Shown: positions 38,409-48,176, counted from the stretch's first letter. The stretch is 64,000 nucleotides of DNA from Bacillales bacterium UBA4682 (GCA_002404995.1 DHKY01000006.1:144520-208519); one strand, 5' to 3'. Program-made: numbers and translations. The notes: generated by a model not told the origin, from the letters alone.

Positions 38409-40136
38409 ATGGAAAACGAAAAGAAACAGTCTCCGGTTATCCTTTCTGTTCAGGATCTCCGTGTGTCATTCAAGACGGATGAGGGATTAGTTCATGCTGT
38501 CCGCGGTGTTTCCTTTGATTTGCATCAGGGTGAAACTCTCTGTATTGTCGGTGAGTCCGGCTCTGGAAAGTCTGTTACTTCTAAGACGATTAGGGGTATT
38601 CTTCCGGCCTCTGCTATCATTGAAAACGGTAGTGTCAGGTTCGAAGGAGAAGATTTGACCAAGGTCGAGGAAAGCGAATTCCATCGTATCCGTGGCCATA
38701 AAATCGGAAGGATCTTCCAGGATCCTCTCTCTTCCCTGAATCCGATCAGGAAGGTTGGTAAGCAGATTACCGAAGCAAGGCTTGTTAATTCCAATCACAG
38801 GAAAGAACGGTTCGATAAGAGGATTTCCAAGGAAGAAGCCGCTTATAAGAACTGCAAGGTCAAGCGGAAGAGTAAGATCAGGGATGCCAAGAACAAAGTC
38901 CTGGCTTCGGATTCTTCTTTCAATGACAAGATTTCGACTCTGGAGAATGCTCTCCGGGATAAGAAGAACGAACTTTCTTCTTTGAAGAAAGAGGATGCAG
39001 CCTATGCCGATAAGCTTGCGGAGTACAATGCTTTGAAAGCGGAGACAGCGAAGCAGATTGCAGCTGTCAAGGCAGAGAAGAAAGAAGCTCACAAGCAATT
39101 GGCAGGTTTGGTTGCTGTTGCCAGAAAAGAAGCGAATGAAGCCTATAAAGCGGAATATCCGCAGTTAAAGGCAAATCTTGATCAGGCAAAGCAGAAGGCG
39201 AAAGCCGAGAACGCCCTTTATAAGCAGAAAGCGGATGAAGAGCATGCTAAGAACTTAGCTCCTCTTAATGAAGAGAAGAAGCAGTATCTCGAAAATGCGA
39301 AAAAAGACTTCAAGGAATGGCAGAAGAGGGATAAGAAGTCCCGTCCTTCTTTGAAGGAAAAACTTGCTTCCTACAAGGCTGGCTATGATGAGATTGTTAG
39401 CAAGATAGAAAAAGAGAACGAAGAATATAAGAAGAACTTCAAACTGACCCGGAAGGAAGCCAAGCAAATCGCCTTGAAGGTCAGGGCTGAAGTCGGTATT
39501 CCTCAGCCGGAAGTCCGTTTCAATCAGTATCCGTTTGAATTCTCTGGCGGCAGGCGTCAGCGTATCGTTATCGCAATCGCCCTTACTGCCAATCCGGAAA
39601 TCCTGATCTGCGATGAGCCGACAACGGCTCTGGATGTTACAATCCAGGCTCAGATTCTTGAACTGATCAACCGCCTGAAAGCCGAACGTCATAGGTCCAT
39701 CATCTTCATTAGCCACGACTTAGGCGTTGTTGCTAACAGGGCAGATCGTGTTGCCGTCAGGTATGCAGGTAAGATCGTCGAAGTCGGTACGGCTAACGAA
39801 ATCTTCTATGATCCTCGCCATCCATATACTTGGGCATTGTTATCCTCTATTCCGGATATTGATTCCCACGAGAAACTCGAAGCAATTCCTGGAACTCCGC
39901 CGTATCTTCTCAATCCTCCGAAAGGCGATGCCTTTGCTGCCCGTAACAAGTATGCAATGGCAATCGACTTTGTCCAGGAACCTCCCTACTTCAAGATCAG
40001 CGAAACCCATTATGCGTCGACCTGGCTCCTTGATAAACGCGCTCCCCATGTCGAGAAACCGAAGATTGTTTCTCAGCGTATCAAAGCCAGTTTACTTAAG
40101 GCAGGTGTGAAAAATGAATCAGAACTCGAAAAATAA
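38409..40136 (+). CDS. oppD: oligopeptide ABC ATP-binding protein with a coiled-coil insertion of about 215 aa
   Basis: Motifs GESGSGKS, IFQDPLSSLNP, FSGG[M]RQRIVIAIAL, LICDEPTTALD and the C-terminal oligopeptide-transporter domain HPYTWALLSSIP. Confidence 0.93.
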   Translation: MENEKKQSPVILSVQDLRVSFKTDEGLVHAVRGVSFDLHQGETLCIVGESGSGKSVTSKTIRGILPASAIIENGSVRFEGEDLTKVEESEFHRIRGHKIGRIFQDPLSSLNPIRKVGKQITEARLVNSNHRKERFDKRISKEEAAYKNCKVKRKSKIRDAKNKVLASDSSFNDKISTLENALRDKKNELSSLKKEDAAYADKLAEYNALKAETAKQIAAVKAEKKEAHKQLAGLVAVARKEANEAYKAEYPQLKANLDQAKQKAKAENALYKQKADEEHAKNLAPLNEEKKQYLENAKKDFKEWQKRDKKSRPSLKEKLASYKAGYDEIVSKIEKENEEYKKNFKLTRKEAKQIALKVRAEVGIPQPEVRFNQYPFEFSGGRRQRIVIAIALTANPEILICDEPTTALDVTIQAQILELINRLKAERHRSIIFISHDLGVVANRADRVAVRYAGKIVEVGTANEIFYDPRHPYTWALLSSIPDIDSHEKLEAIPGTPPYLLNPPKGDAFAARNKYAMAIDFVQEPPYFKISETHYASTWLLDKRAPHVEKPKIVSQRIKASLLKAGVKNESELEK

Positions 40137-41433
40137 TCCGATTCAGCAGTTTATCTCCTCGAATAAGGAAAAGAAGATTCATGGGGTTACCTATAAAGAG
40201 GAGCTTGTCGATCAGAATATTCTTGTTTCTGTCCGTCATCTGAAAAGGTTCTTCCCTAGGGGAGGCGGAAAGAAACTGAAGGCTGTCCATGATGTTTCCT
40301 TCGATATCAAGAAAGGCGAATGTTTCGGCTTAGTCGGTGAATCCGGATGCGGAAAGACCACAACGGGACGTTCCATCATCCGTCTTTATCAGCCAACGAG
40401 CGGATCTGTGTACTTCAAAGGCTATCGTGTTGCTGCTGGCGAACGATGGAACCAGAAAGAAATCAAATGGTCCAAAATCAAGGGTGATGCCAAGATCAAG
40501 GACATCCGCCAGAAGGAACAGAGCGAACTCTCCGAAAGGAACAACAACACCTTAGAAGAGCAGATTCAGTACAATGCTGTTAAGGACAACTACGAAAAAG
40601 AAGTCCAGAAGATCAAAGACCATGTTGCTGAGATCAAACGGGAACAGGTTAAGAAGATTAAGAGAATCCGTTACGATAACCGGCATGTCGATCCGAAACT
40701 GAGGAGTAAGAGGCAGAGGATCTTCCAGGATCCGATTGATTCCCTTGATCCTCGTAGGACGGTCGAAGACATCATCCAGGAAGGATTGAAGATCCAAGGC
40801 TATCGCAATCGTCAGGAAAACCATGAGAAAGCCGTCAAGGTCTTGGAGGAGGTCGGATTGATTCCGGACTACTGCTCCCGTTATCCAAATGAGTTCTCCG
40901 GCGGACAGCGTCAGCGTATCGGTATTGCCCGTGCTATCATCAGGAATCCGGAATTCAGGATCTGCGATGAACCGATCTCTGCATTGGATGTCTCTATCCG
41001 TGCCCAGATCATCAATCTTCTCAACGATCTGAAGGTGAACCATGGTCTTACCCTCAGGTTCATTGCTCATGACTTATCCGTCGTCAAGTACTTCTGCGAT
41101 CGTATCGCAGTCAGGTATTTCGGTGAGATGGTCGAGATGGCAAGCAGCGATGAACTCTTCGCTCATCCGCTCCATCCCTATACGCGAGCTCTTCTCTCTG
41201 CCATTCCTAAACCGGATCCGCTGAGTGAAAAGAAGCGGAAACGTATTGTCTATAATCCGGCGAAGGAACACGACTATCGTGAAGAAAAGCCGAAATTCGT
41301 TGAAATCGTTCCTGGACACTTCGTCTTAGCTTCTTCTTCGGAACTTGCTAAGTATAAGGAAAGGATTATCGAAGACGACAAGAAAAACGCAGAAAAAGAA
41401 GAACTGCGGAAGAAACAGGGAATCGAATACTAG
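40114..41433 (+). CDS. oppF: oligopeptide ABC ATP-binding protein with an insertion of about 90 aa
   Basis: Motifs GESGCGKTT, Q[M]IFQDPIDSLDP[M][M]TV, FSGGQRQRIGIARA, ICDEPISALD and HPYTRALLSAIP. Overlaps the oppD end by 23 nt. Confidence 0.93.
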   Translation: MNQNSKNNPIQQFISSNKEKKIHGVTYKEELVDQNILVSVRHLKRFFPRGGGKKLKAVHDVSFDIKKGECFGLVGESGCGKTTTGRSIIRLYQPTSGSVYFKGYRVAAGERWNQKEIKWSKIKGDAKIKDIRQKEQSELSERNNNTLEEQIQYNAVKDNYEKEVQKIKDHVAEIKREQVKKIKRIRYDNRHVDPKLRSKRQRIFQDPIDSLDPRRTVEDIIQEGLKIQGYRNRQENHEKAVKVLEEVGLIPDYCSRYPNEFSGGQRQRIGIARAIIRNPEFRICDEPISALDVSIRAQIINLLNDLKVNHGLTLRFIAHDLSVVKYFCDRIAVRYFGEMVEMASSDELFAHPLHPYTRALLSAIPKPDPLSEKKRKRIVYNPAKEHDYREEKPKFVEIVPGHFVLASSSELAKYKERIIEDDKKNAEKEELRKKQGIEY

Positions 41434-41523
41434 GGATTGTTACCGCTTACAACAATAAAATTGAGTAAGATGATAAGACATTTGAAATCCTAAATATTCC
41501 CATAAATACGGCAGATTTAGCTC

Positions 41524-41570
41524 AAGAGGCTCTGCATCATTTACTGGTGAGAGCCTCTTCTGTTCTTCTA
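41524..41570 (+). terminator. probable terminator of the opp operon
   Basis: aagaggctc (41524-41532) pairs with gagcctctt (41551-41559) around an 18-nt loop, followed by a T-rich tail. Confidence 0.5.
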
Positions 41571-41649
41571 CCATCCTTATTTAAAATAATATTCTCTGTA
41601 AAATAGAGAAGTTTTCTAAGTAATATAACTTTTTGGAGGGTATATAGAT

Positions 41650-43710
41650 ATGAAAAAGAAAAGTTTATTAATGACGATTGTCGCCTTCACTGCCCTTGGA
41701 CTTGTTGGATGCAAGACGAATCCTTCTGATCAGCCTGCATCGAATCCCCCGGCATCTGAAACTCCTACTGTCAATACGGATGACAGCAGCATCACTAGGC
41801 GTGGCAACACGACTTTTGAAGTCAATCAGACCATTACGTTCCGTTTCAATGTTACCAACGCTGTTCGTAACAAGACCGTCAACGTCGAAATCGACAACAC
41901 CAATGTTGCCGGTGTCTCTTTGACCGATGGCAGTGTCGATGATCATGCCAATAATGTTACCAACGTCAAGCTTCTTGGTATTGAACCTGGAACCTTCAAC
42001 AGGAAGGTCACTTCCGTTGAAACCGGCAATTCCAAGACTTTCACTCTGACTGTCATTGCTGCTAAGCCAACACTCAAAGAGGCTCTTACTGCTTTAGCTT
42101 CTGCTAAGAACTACACCTTCACAGGTGCTCCGGAAGATGAAAGCCTTAAGAACAATGCTACTACTACTATTACCAAACGTGTCGAGAAGGCTCTTACTGT
42201 CACGGATGGTGCTAGTGGCAACCTTTGGACTTCCAAGGCTGTTGATGATAGCACAGCTGATTACTATGCACGTTATGGTATTGCCGTAAACAACGACAAT
42301 CAGGCCTTCTATATTGATAAGAACAGGCATATCGATTCCGTAAACGAAAAGTTCGTGACCGATGAGAATTTCCGTTCTTCTGCTATCCTTGCTGTCAGCT
42401 CTTCTCAGGGCTTCCTTGATGGTGACAACTTTGCTGGTGATTCTGAATCTTTCAGCAGTTATCTCTTTGATTCCTTCTCCTTAATCAATCCTTCTTGGGG
42501 ACCTTCTGCTAAGTCTGATGACAATATTTATGAAATCGAAGGCGGAACTTCTGATTCGGAAGAGTCCACTTATCTTGCTATTCTCGAGTGCAGGCTTTGG
42601 AATATGGTCGATCCTTCCGGTATGATCTCCAACAGGCAAGCCAAACAGGTTTATACCTATGTCGATGCAGCTACTTGGATCGATACCTCAGTTGAAGTCA
42701 TTGATGCTACGGATATCAAAATCACAATTACTCCTGTCCAGGGATCTGGCTTAAAGCGTATTGTTTCCGAAGGATCTACGGATGAAGCAACTTATCCTGC
42801 CATGGTTGGCACGGTCTCCAATGTTGGAAGCACTGTTCTTGATACTGATATCAGGAACTATCTTGCCACTGATATTCAGGTCCAGAATCCTGGAAGGAAT
42901 GTTGCCAAGAAAGCTAGGAAAACTGCTTTTGCTTCGGATAGCTATACTTACACTGAACCTGTTCAGTACGATTACACGACAAAAGACGGAAAGTCCACTT
43001 ATGGCACTGTCTATCGTTATTGGCATTACACCAAGAACTATGTCTTCTTAGAGGTTCCGGAAGCTTCTAAGACCCAGTATAAGGCCGATACCGGCAATGA
43101 ATGGGGAAGCGATGATGAAACCAAAGACATTGTCGAGAATATCGGTTATGGTATCGCCAAAGACGGCAAGGTCCATGAAATCTCCTATGTTGCCGAAAAG
43201 GATTCCGTTGCTGCCCATGTCGAACTTGGTGATGTCTTACAGTCGCAGACCACTTCTGGTACTAAACAGGATGTCACTCTCAACTCTAGGACCGAATTTG
43301 CTCCGAGCGGATACATCTTCGATGGCGGACTCAGTGCTCTTCTTGATTCTACTGGTGCTCTCTATAGGTTATCCGATGAAGCTTCTACGTTCTGGAGCGG
43401 CGATAACACTCTGTATTACAACAACTACAGGTCTAGTTCGAACTGCTATGATTCCTTTGCCCTCTTCTTCTTCGGAATCACTGGTTCTCAGCTTGAACAG
43501 GCTTGGAAGCGTAATGATCTGACTTACTTCACTCTGGTCAATACGGAGACTGCCAGTGATGGTTCTGTTACTGCCTTTAATATCCAGCTCGATGCTAGGT
43601 ATGTCAATGGTCAGTACTATCAGGGATCCAGGCTTGACTTCTCTCTGAAAGATATCGGAACTGCGAAGTCCACTTACGATACTCTCATCACTGCTGCCTT
43701 AGCTGCTTAA
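41650..43710 (+). CDS. surface lipoprotein of unknown function with an N-terminal Ig-like module
   Basis: GGAGG RBS. Lipobox ALGLVGC. Ig-like segment NVAGVSLTDGS...VKLLGIEPGTF. No other motif recognised. Confidence 0.75.
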   Translation: MKKKSLLMTIVAFTALGLVGCKTNPSDQPASNPPASETPTVNTDDSSITRRGNTTFEVNQTITFRFNVTNAVRNKTVNVEIDNTNVAGVSLTDGSVDDHANNVTNVKLLGIEPGTFNRKVTSVETGNSKTFTLTVIAAKPTLKEALTALASAKNYTFTGAPEDESLKNNATTTITKRVEKALTVTDGASGNLWTSKAVDDSTADYYARYGIAVNNDNQAFYIDKNRHIDSVNEKFVTDENFRSSAILAVSSSQGFLDGDNFAGDSESFSSYLFDSFSLINPSWGPSAKSDDNIYEIEGGTSDSEESTYLAILECRLWNMVDPSGMISNRQAKQVYTYVDAATWIDTSVEVIDATDIKITITPVQGSGLKRIVSEGSTDEATYPAMVGTVSNVGSTVLDTDIRNYLATDIQVQNPGRNVAKKARKTAFASDSYTYTEPVQYDYTTKDGKSTYGTVYRYWHYTKNYVFLEVPEASKTQYKADTGNEWGSDDETKDIVENIGYGIAKDGKVHEISYVAEKDSVAAHVELGDVLQSQTTSGTKQDVTLNSRTEFAPSGYIFDGGLSALLDSTGALYRLSDEASTFWSGDNTLYYNNYRSSSNCYDSFALFFFGITGSQLEQAWKRNDLTYFTLVNTETASDGSVTAFNIQLDARYVNGQYYQGSRLDFSLKDIGTAKSTYDTLITAALAA

Positions 43711-43727
43711 TCTGTTTCGAAACTAAG

Positions 43728-43760
43728 AGAGGGAGGCTCTTAACCTCCCTCTTTTTCTCT
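43728..43760 (+). terminator. rho-independent terminator
   Basis: agagggagg-ctcttaa-cctccctct followed by ttttctcttt. Confidence 0.85.
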
Positions 43761-43780
43761 TTCTCTGAGGTTTTTATTCA

Positions 43781-44080
43781 ATGAATCGTGTTTTATATCG
43801 TGTCTTAGTCTATTCCTGCTTCGCTATGTTTATCGGCAGCATTGTCGGCCTTGTCTTTTCCAGGAAAAACGCATCGGATTTGAATAGCTGGGCGATTCTC
43901 TGTATCTGCTTGCTGATTCTCTCTATTGTTTCCTTAGTGATTGTCCAATGCCTGTATCGGATTGCTAAGAAGCCTTTTCCGAAAGGAAATCAGACGAAGA
44001 TCTGTTCGAAATGCAAAGGCATCAATGACAAGGATGCTGAGTACTGCAAGTACTGCGGAAACCATTTCCGGAATTTCTGA
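43781..44080 (+). CDS. small membrane protein with a C-terminal zinc ribbon
   Basis: Two hydrophobic helices followed by CSKC...x12...CKYC. Confidence 0.65.
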   Translation: MNRVLYRVLVYSCFAMFIGSIVGLVFSRKNASDLNSWAILCICLLILSIVSLVIVQCLYRIAKKPFPKGNQTKICSKCKGINDKDAEYCKYCGNHFRNF

Positions 44081-44175
44081 TTTTTCCTTGTTTAATTCAC
44101 TTTGCTGTGGTATGCTTTTTAATGCTTAGCACGCTTGGTAACGTGCTTTTGCCGGATTAAGGGAGGAAACTGAAA

Positions 44176-44385
44176 ATGAAGAAAGATATCCATCCGAAAT
44201 ATTACCGTTGCAAGGTTACCTGCAGGACCTGCGGAAACACCTTCGAAACTGGTTCCACTGAGCCGGAACTCAAGGTTGATACCTGCAACAAGTGCCATTC
44301 TTTCTATACTGGAAAGAGGACTTTCGCTGCTGATACTGGCCGTGTTGCCAAGTTCAACAAGAAGTTAGAGAAGACTGCAAAGTAG
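44176..44385 (+). CDS. rpmE: 50S ribosomal protein L31 (Zn-binding type A)
   Basis: MKKDIHPKYY, CxxC (CRTC) and CNKCHSFYTGK, then GRVAKFNKK. AGGGAGG RBS. Confidence 0.95.
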   Translation: MKKDIHPKYYRCKVTCRTCGNTFETGSTEPELKVDTCNKCHSFYTGKRTFAADTGRVAKFNKKLEKTAK

Positions 44386-44406
44386 TCTCTTCCGAAAAGA
44401 AACTTT

Positions 44407-44438
44407 AGCCGCCAGATTCTGGTGGCTTTTTCTTTTCT
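44407..44438 (+). terminator. rho-independent terminator after rpmE
   Basis: agccgccag / ctggtggct stem (one G-U pair) followed by ttttcttttc. Confidence 0.7.
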
Positions 44439-44478
44439 GCTTTTTGTACCTTTTGAGAGAACTTGGTAAAATAGAAGC

Positions 44479-47400
44479 ATGCTGACGAATGAACGGATTG
44501 GTTTCATCGAATTGGAGAAGAAAGCAGAACAGATGCTCTCTTTTCCGATGGGGCAGATGGATGAGCTTTGCCCGAGGATTCAACTGGATTTCATTCATCT
44601 TTCCAATGGGGATGCGGTTCCTCTTTCTGGTAAGAAAGGTGATTTTTTTGCTCCGCTTCTTGTACTCGATAAGGTGAATCAGGTCTATTATCCTGTTTTC
44701 TTCTTTCTGCCTGTCTTTTCAAGGAAAGACGGAGAACCCTATGTTTCTCTTTCCGATGAGAAACCAGAGAGGAACAATAGGGCAAAGGAGTTCCTGAGAA
44801 AAAGGAACCTGATTGAAAAAGGAAATGTTTCTTTTTCTTCTTTGGAAAGCTTTGTGAATACTCTGTCTGGTTTGATTGATTCTCTTAGGCTTGCAGACCG
44901 GGTATCGTTTGCTTTTTCTTATTCCTTCTTTTCAAAGGAAGCTCTTCTTTATCATTCGATTTATCCTTTTCTTCTTCTAGGACAGCCTCAGCAAAGGAAA
45001 GAGGATAAATACCGCGGACTTTTCCAGGAAGTGAAGGAAGAGGAAAAAGAAAAGGTCCTGAACCAAGAAAACGTCGGTTATTTTTCAAAGCAGGAACGTT
45101 CTCTTTTGCGGAGGGAACAGTATAAGGCAAGTGAAGTCTCCTATGATGAACAAGAGGTTGCGGATGATATTCTTTTCCGTGCTGTTTTATCTGCAAGGAA
45201 AAAGAACCACTCTGTTCTTCTCGTTGTTCCCGAAAAAGAAAGGGAAGGAAGGGATGCGTTTCTTTCCTGCCATCATCTTCAAAATGATGTTAGGGACCTG
45301 AATCATTTTTCTTTCCAGGATAAGAAAAGACTTCTGAAAGACAATAATGAGTCGTCTTTTTTCACAGATGGTTTTTCCTTGTGGGAACAGAGATTTGAGT
45401 CGTTTGAAAGCAAACGGCAGGACTGTTTTGTCTATCCTTCTTTCTTCCGCAGTGAGAAAAGGAAGGAGTTTTTATTTAAGAAAGATACTTTGGAATCTTT
45501 TTCTTATCCTATGGATGCCACTTCCTATTCATCCTCCGATGTAGAGAAAGACAATAAGGTCAGGGATGAAATCAAAGAAAGAGAATCTCTTCTTTCAGTC
45601 GATATACAAAGCCATCCTTTTTTTGGACTGGATAGTAATGGCGAAAAAGACAAATACCAGGATCTGCAGTCTCTTCTAAGTCAAAGGAAAGAAATCAGGA
45701 ATCAGATCCTTTTGCTTATTCATACAAAGAGGAATTCGTACTATAAGCTTTTGAACACTTTTGACCAACTGACTGCAAGGTATGAAGAAAGGAAGTTTGT
45801 CGAACGATACGATGGTTTCTCTTTGCAGATGTTTTCTCTATCGGCTAATCAATCCCAACAGTATCCTTTGAGCAATCTCAAGAAGAGGTTCCAGGCGGTC
45901 TCTTCTATTAAGCTGATTGTAAAAGACTTCTTCGATGATTCGGTTTTCAGCAGCGATATCCTCAATAGGGTGAAAGAGGCGGAAAGCACCTCCTATTTTG
46001 AACGAAGAAAAGGAAGAAAGAGGATACGGAAATACCTGAAGAACAAAAAGAAACCGGATTATGATTCCTTGGTCAAAAGGCTTTCGAACTATTGGAAGAA
46101 CTATTCTCTGCTCCAAAAAAACAGGCCGATGTATAGGAAGATCTATGGCGAGAATGTAGCAACGAGGAGCTATGTCACGGAGAGTGAGACTCGGAGGAAC
46201 TATGTTCATGAATTCGAAGAAAGAGAAAAGAAGAATCCTTCTTTCTCTTTCAAGAATGAATTCATCTATCATCTCTATCAGGACGGAGATTATCGGAGAG
46301 AATTTCTCTTAATAGTTCATTCTCTTGAAAAACTGACACAAGAATTCCTCGATTTGTCCAAAGAATACCGCTTTTTCTTTCCCCAGGAAGAAAGGGATTG
46401 CTTTCCTTTACAGGAATGCAGTCGATTGATTGAGAAGCGAAGGCAGGGGAGCTATGACGACTTTTCGGATTTTTCTTTCTTCCACAAAGAAAGGATGTCC
46501 GCTTCCTATCTAAGGCAGAAGACAAGGAAAGAACAATACATTCTGATGCATCGTCCTTTGCTTCATTTCAAGGAAGAGTTCTTCCATTCCATATATCTTT
46601 CCCTTTATCAGGCCGGAAAAGAGAGATTCACTCCCTATCAGAAAGATTACAGTCTCCTATTGTCAGAGAGGACAGACCAAGCAAAGAAAGGCAACGAAGA
46701 AGAGGATTCTTATCTCCTTTCCCTTTTACATGAAAATCAAAGGAACAACCAAAAAGAAGTACGGTACAGGGATAGGAAGATGGGACTCGTCTCTAGTAAA
46801 GTCGAAACCCTTTTAACGGATGTGCAAGGAAATCCTCTGTTTTCTTTGTTCTCCAAGCGTTATCCGATTTGTCTTGCCTCTCCCCTAGATTTATCTTTAA
46901 GGGAGGACAACTGTTTTGATGAAGTCATCTTGTTGAACTCAAAGTTTAGGAAAGATGTATCCCTGATCAACGGAATCCGTGTCGGAAAAAGCGTTCTGCT
47001 TCTTTCTCCTGTTTCTCTTTTGGATAATCGGATCCAAGGGCTCCATTACACTTATCTTAGCAATGATGGTATTTACAGAAAAGTCATCGATTTCCAGAAA
47101 ATACCGGAGAACCTGCTGGACTTATTCAAAAACAACCAGAAAAAGTACGATTATATTTTGGACACTTCGGATTCCCGTTATCCCTATAGGATAAAAAAAC
47201 AAGGATGGGAAGACCTTGGTCTTTTCCCATCCTTGTTATTACCTCAGCCGGAAGACAGACAAGGAAGGAACGAGCTTAACCGCTACCTGAATCGTCAGCT
47301 TGGTTTCTCTCTTTTCTATTTCCATATCGAAGATGCTCTCTTCGATACCGATAGCTTTTTTGATTGTCTGTTTGGATCCTATTCCAAGTTTGCAAAATAA
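44479..47400 (+). CDS. large hypothetical protein; possibly a degenerate SF1 (Upf1/DNA2-like, DUF4011-type) helicase relative without a P-loop
   Basis: 973-aa uninterrupted ORF. Segments HSVLLVVPEKERE and FDEVILLNS...GKSVLLLSP resemble the regions after Walker A and around Walker B in that helicase group. I could not find a GxxGxGK[ST] motif. The start codon is uncertain (weak RBS). Confidence 0.6.
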   Translation: MLTNERIGFIELEKKAEQMLSFPMGQMDELCPRIQLDFIHLSNGDAVPLSGKKGDFFAPLLVLDKVNQVYYPVFFFLPVFSRKDGEPYVSLSDEKPERNNRAKEFLRKRNLIEKGNVSFSSLESFVNTLSGLIDSLRLADRVSFAFSYSFFSKEALLYHSIYPFLLLGQPQQRKEDKYRGLFQEVKEEEKEKVLNQENVGYFSKQERSLLRREQYKASEVSYDEQEVADDILFRAVLSARKKNHSVLLVVPEKEREGRDAFLSCHHLQNDVRDLNHFSFQDKKRLLKDNNESSFFTDGFSLWEQRFESFESKRQDCFVYPSFFRSEKRKEFLFKKDTLESFSYPMDATSYSSSDVEKDNKVRDEIKERESLLSVDIQSHPFFGLDSNGEKDKYQDLQSLLSQRKEIRNQILLLIHTKRNSYYKLLNTFDQLTARYEERKFVERYDGFSLQMFSLSANQSQQYPLSNLKKRFQAVSSIKLIVKDFFDDSVFSSDILNRVKEAESTSYFERRKGRKRIRKYLKNKKKPDYDSLVKRLSNYWKNYSLLQKNRPMYRKIYGENVATRSYVTESETRRNYVHEFEEREKKNPSFSFKNEFIYHLYQDGDYRREFLLIVHSLEKLTQEFLDLSKEYRFFFPQEERDCFPLQECSRLIEKRRQGSYDDFSDFSFFHKERMSASYLRQKTRKEQYILMHRPLLHFKEEFFHSIYLSLYQAGKERFTPYQKDYSLLLSERTDQAKKGNEEEDSYLLSLLHENQRNNQKEVRYRDRKMGLVSSKVETLLTDVQGNPLFSLFSKRYPICLASPLDLSLREDNCFDEVILLNSKFRKDVSLINGIRVGKSVLLLSPVSLLDNRIQGLHYTYLSNDGIYRKVIDFQKIPENLLDLFKNNQKKYDYILDTSDSRYPYRIKKQGWEDLGLFPSLLLPQPEDRQGRNELNRYLNRQLGFSLFYFHIEDALFDTDSFFDCLFGSYSKFAK

Positions 47401-48176
47401 ACTATCGTGTCGTTCTTTAAATCGGTTAATTTAGCTTCTTCATACTTCAACGGATTCAGGCTTGTGAAGAAGAATTGATCCTTACCCCCGTCTCCGAAAT
47501 GATCAATAGGTTCATATTCGTCGCATTTCTTTGGAAATCCTTTTTGGACTAGATTTGTTCCGTAAGCATAATCTTCTGAGAAACGATAGTCGACATTACT
47601 ATGAATCCGCACAAAAGAATCATTGCTGTAATCCACGTAAATCTGGAAATAATAGACATTGGCTGTGTTCTCTGCTGTTTCCGTGATTGCGGTATTATTA
47701 CTGCTAATGCTTGCTTCTGGTGCTAAGTTTGCAAAATAGATTACCCTATCTTGCTCTAGGGAACTCAGCTTATCTTCTTTATAGGACATGGAATTCAAGT
47801 CGGTAAAGAATACCTGCTTACAGTCCCTTTTCGTGTAGAGCTCTTTCGGTCTGAAATCACAGCAGATATCCGATGGCAGATTTTCTGTTTTCAGATTCGT
47901 TCCATAGGGGTAGGAAAGCTCAAAGCAGTAATCTATATCATTGTTAATCCGTTTCCTGTTCTTATCCACATAGACCTGGAAATAATAGATGGAAACTGTA
48001 CCTTCTGCCTTTTCTTCTTTTTTTGTGGCTTCCATATCAGATGTAGGCCGATGGCAAGTACATGAAAGATGAGAGGACTCGTCTTCTGTCCTCTTGCTTT
48101 GAGCTGTAATTGGTGCTTTGCTGCATCCTAGAAGTGCAATAGAAGAGAGAACAATAACTAATAATAGTTTCTTCAT
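47379..48176 (-). CDS. lipoprotein with two tandem copies of a domain of about 95 aa
   Basis: ATG at 48176 preceded by GGAGG. MKKLLLVIVLSSIALLGC lipobox. The repeat VSIYYFQVYVD...YPYGTNL...VIYFANL recurs as NVYYFQIYVD...YAYGTNL...IVYFANL. The track's longer N-terminus lies upstream of the RBS. Confidence 0.75.
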   Translation of the reverse strand: MKKLLLVIVLSSIALLGCSKAPITAQSKRTEDESSHLSCTCHRPTSDMEATKKEEKAEGTVSIYYFQVYVDKNRKRINNDIDYCFELSYPYGTNLKTENLPSDICCDFRPKELYTKRDCKQVFFTDLNSMSYKEDKLSSLEQDRVIYFANLAPEASISSNNTAITETAENTANVYYFQIYVDYSNDSFVRIHSNVDYRFSEDYAYGTNLVQKGFPKKCDEYEPIDHFGDGGKDQFFFTSLNPLKYEEAKLTDLKNDTIVYFANLE

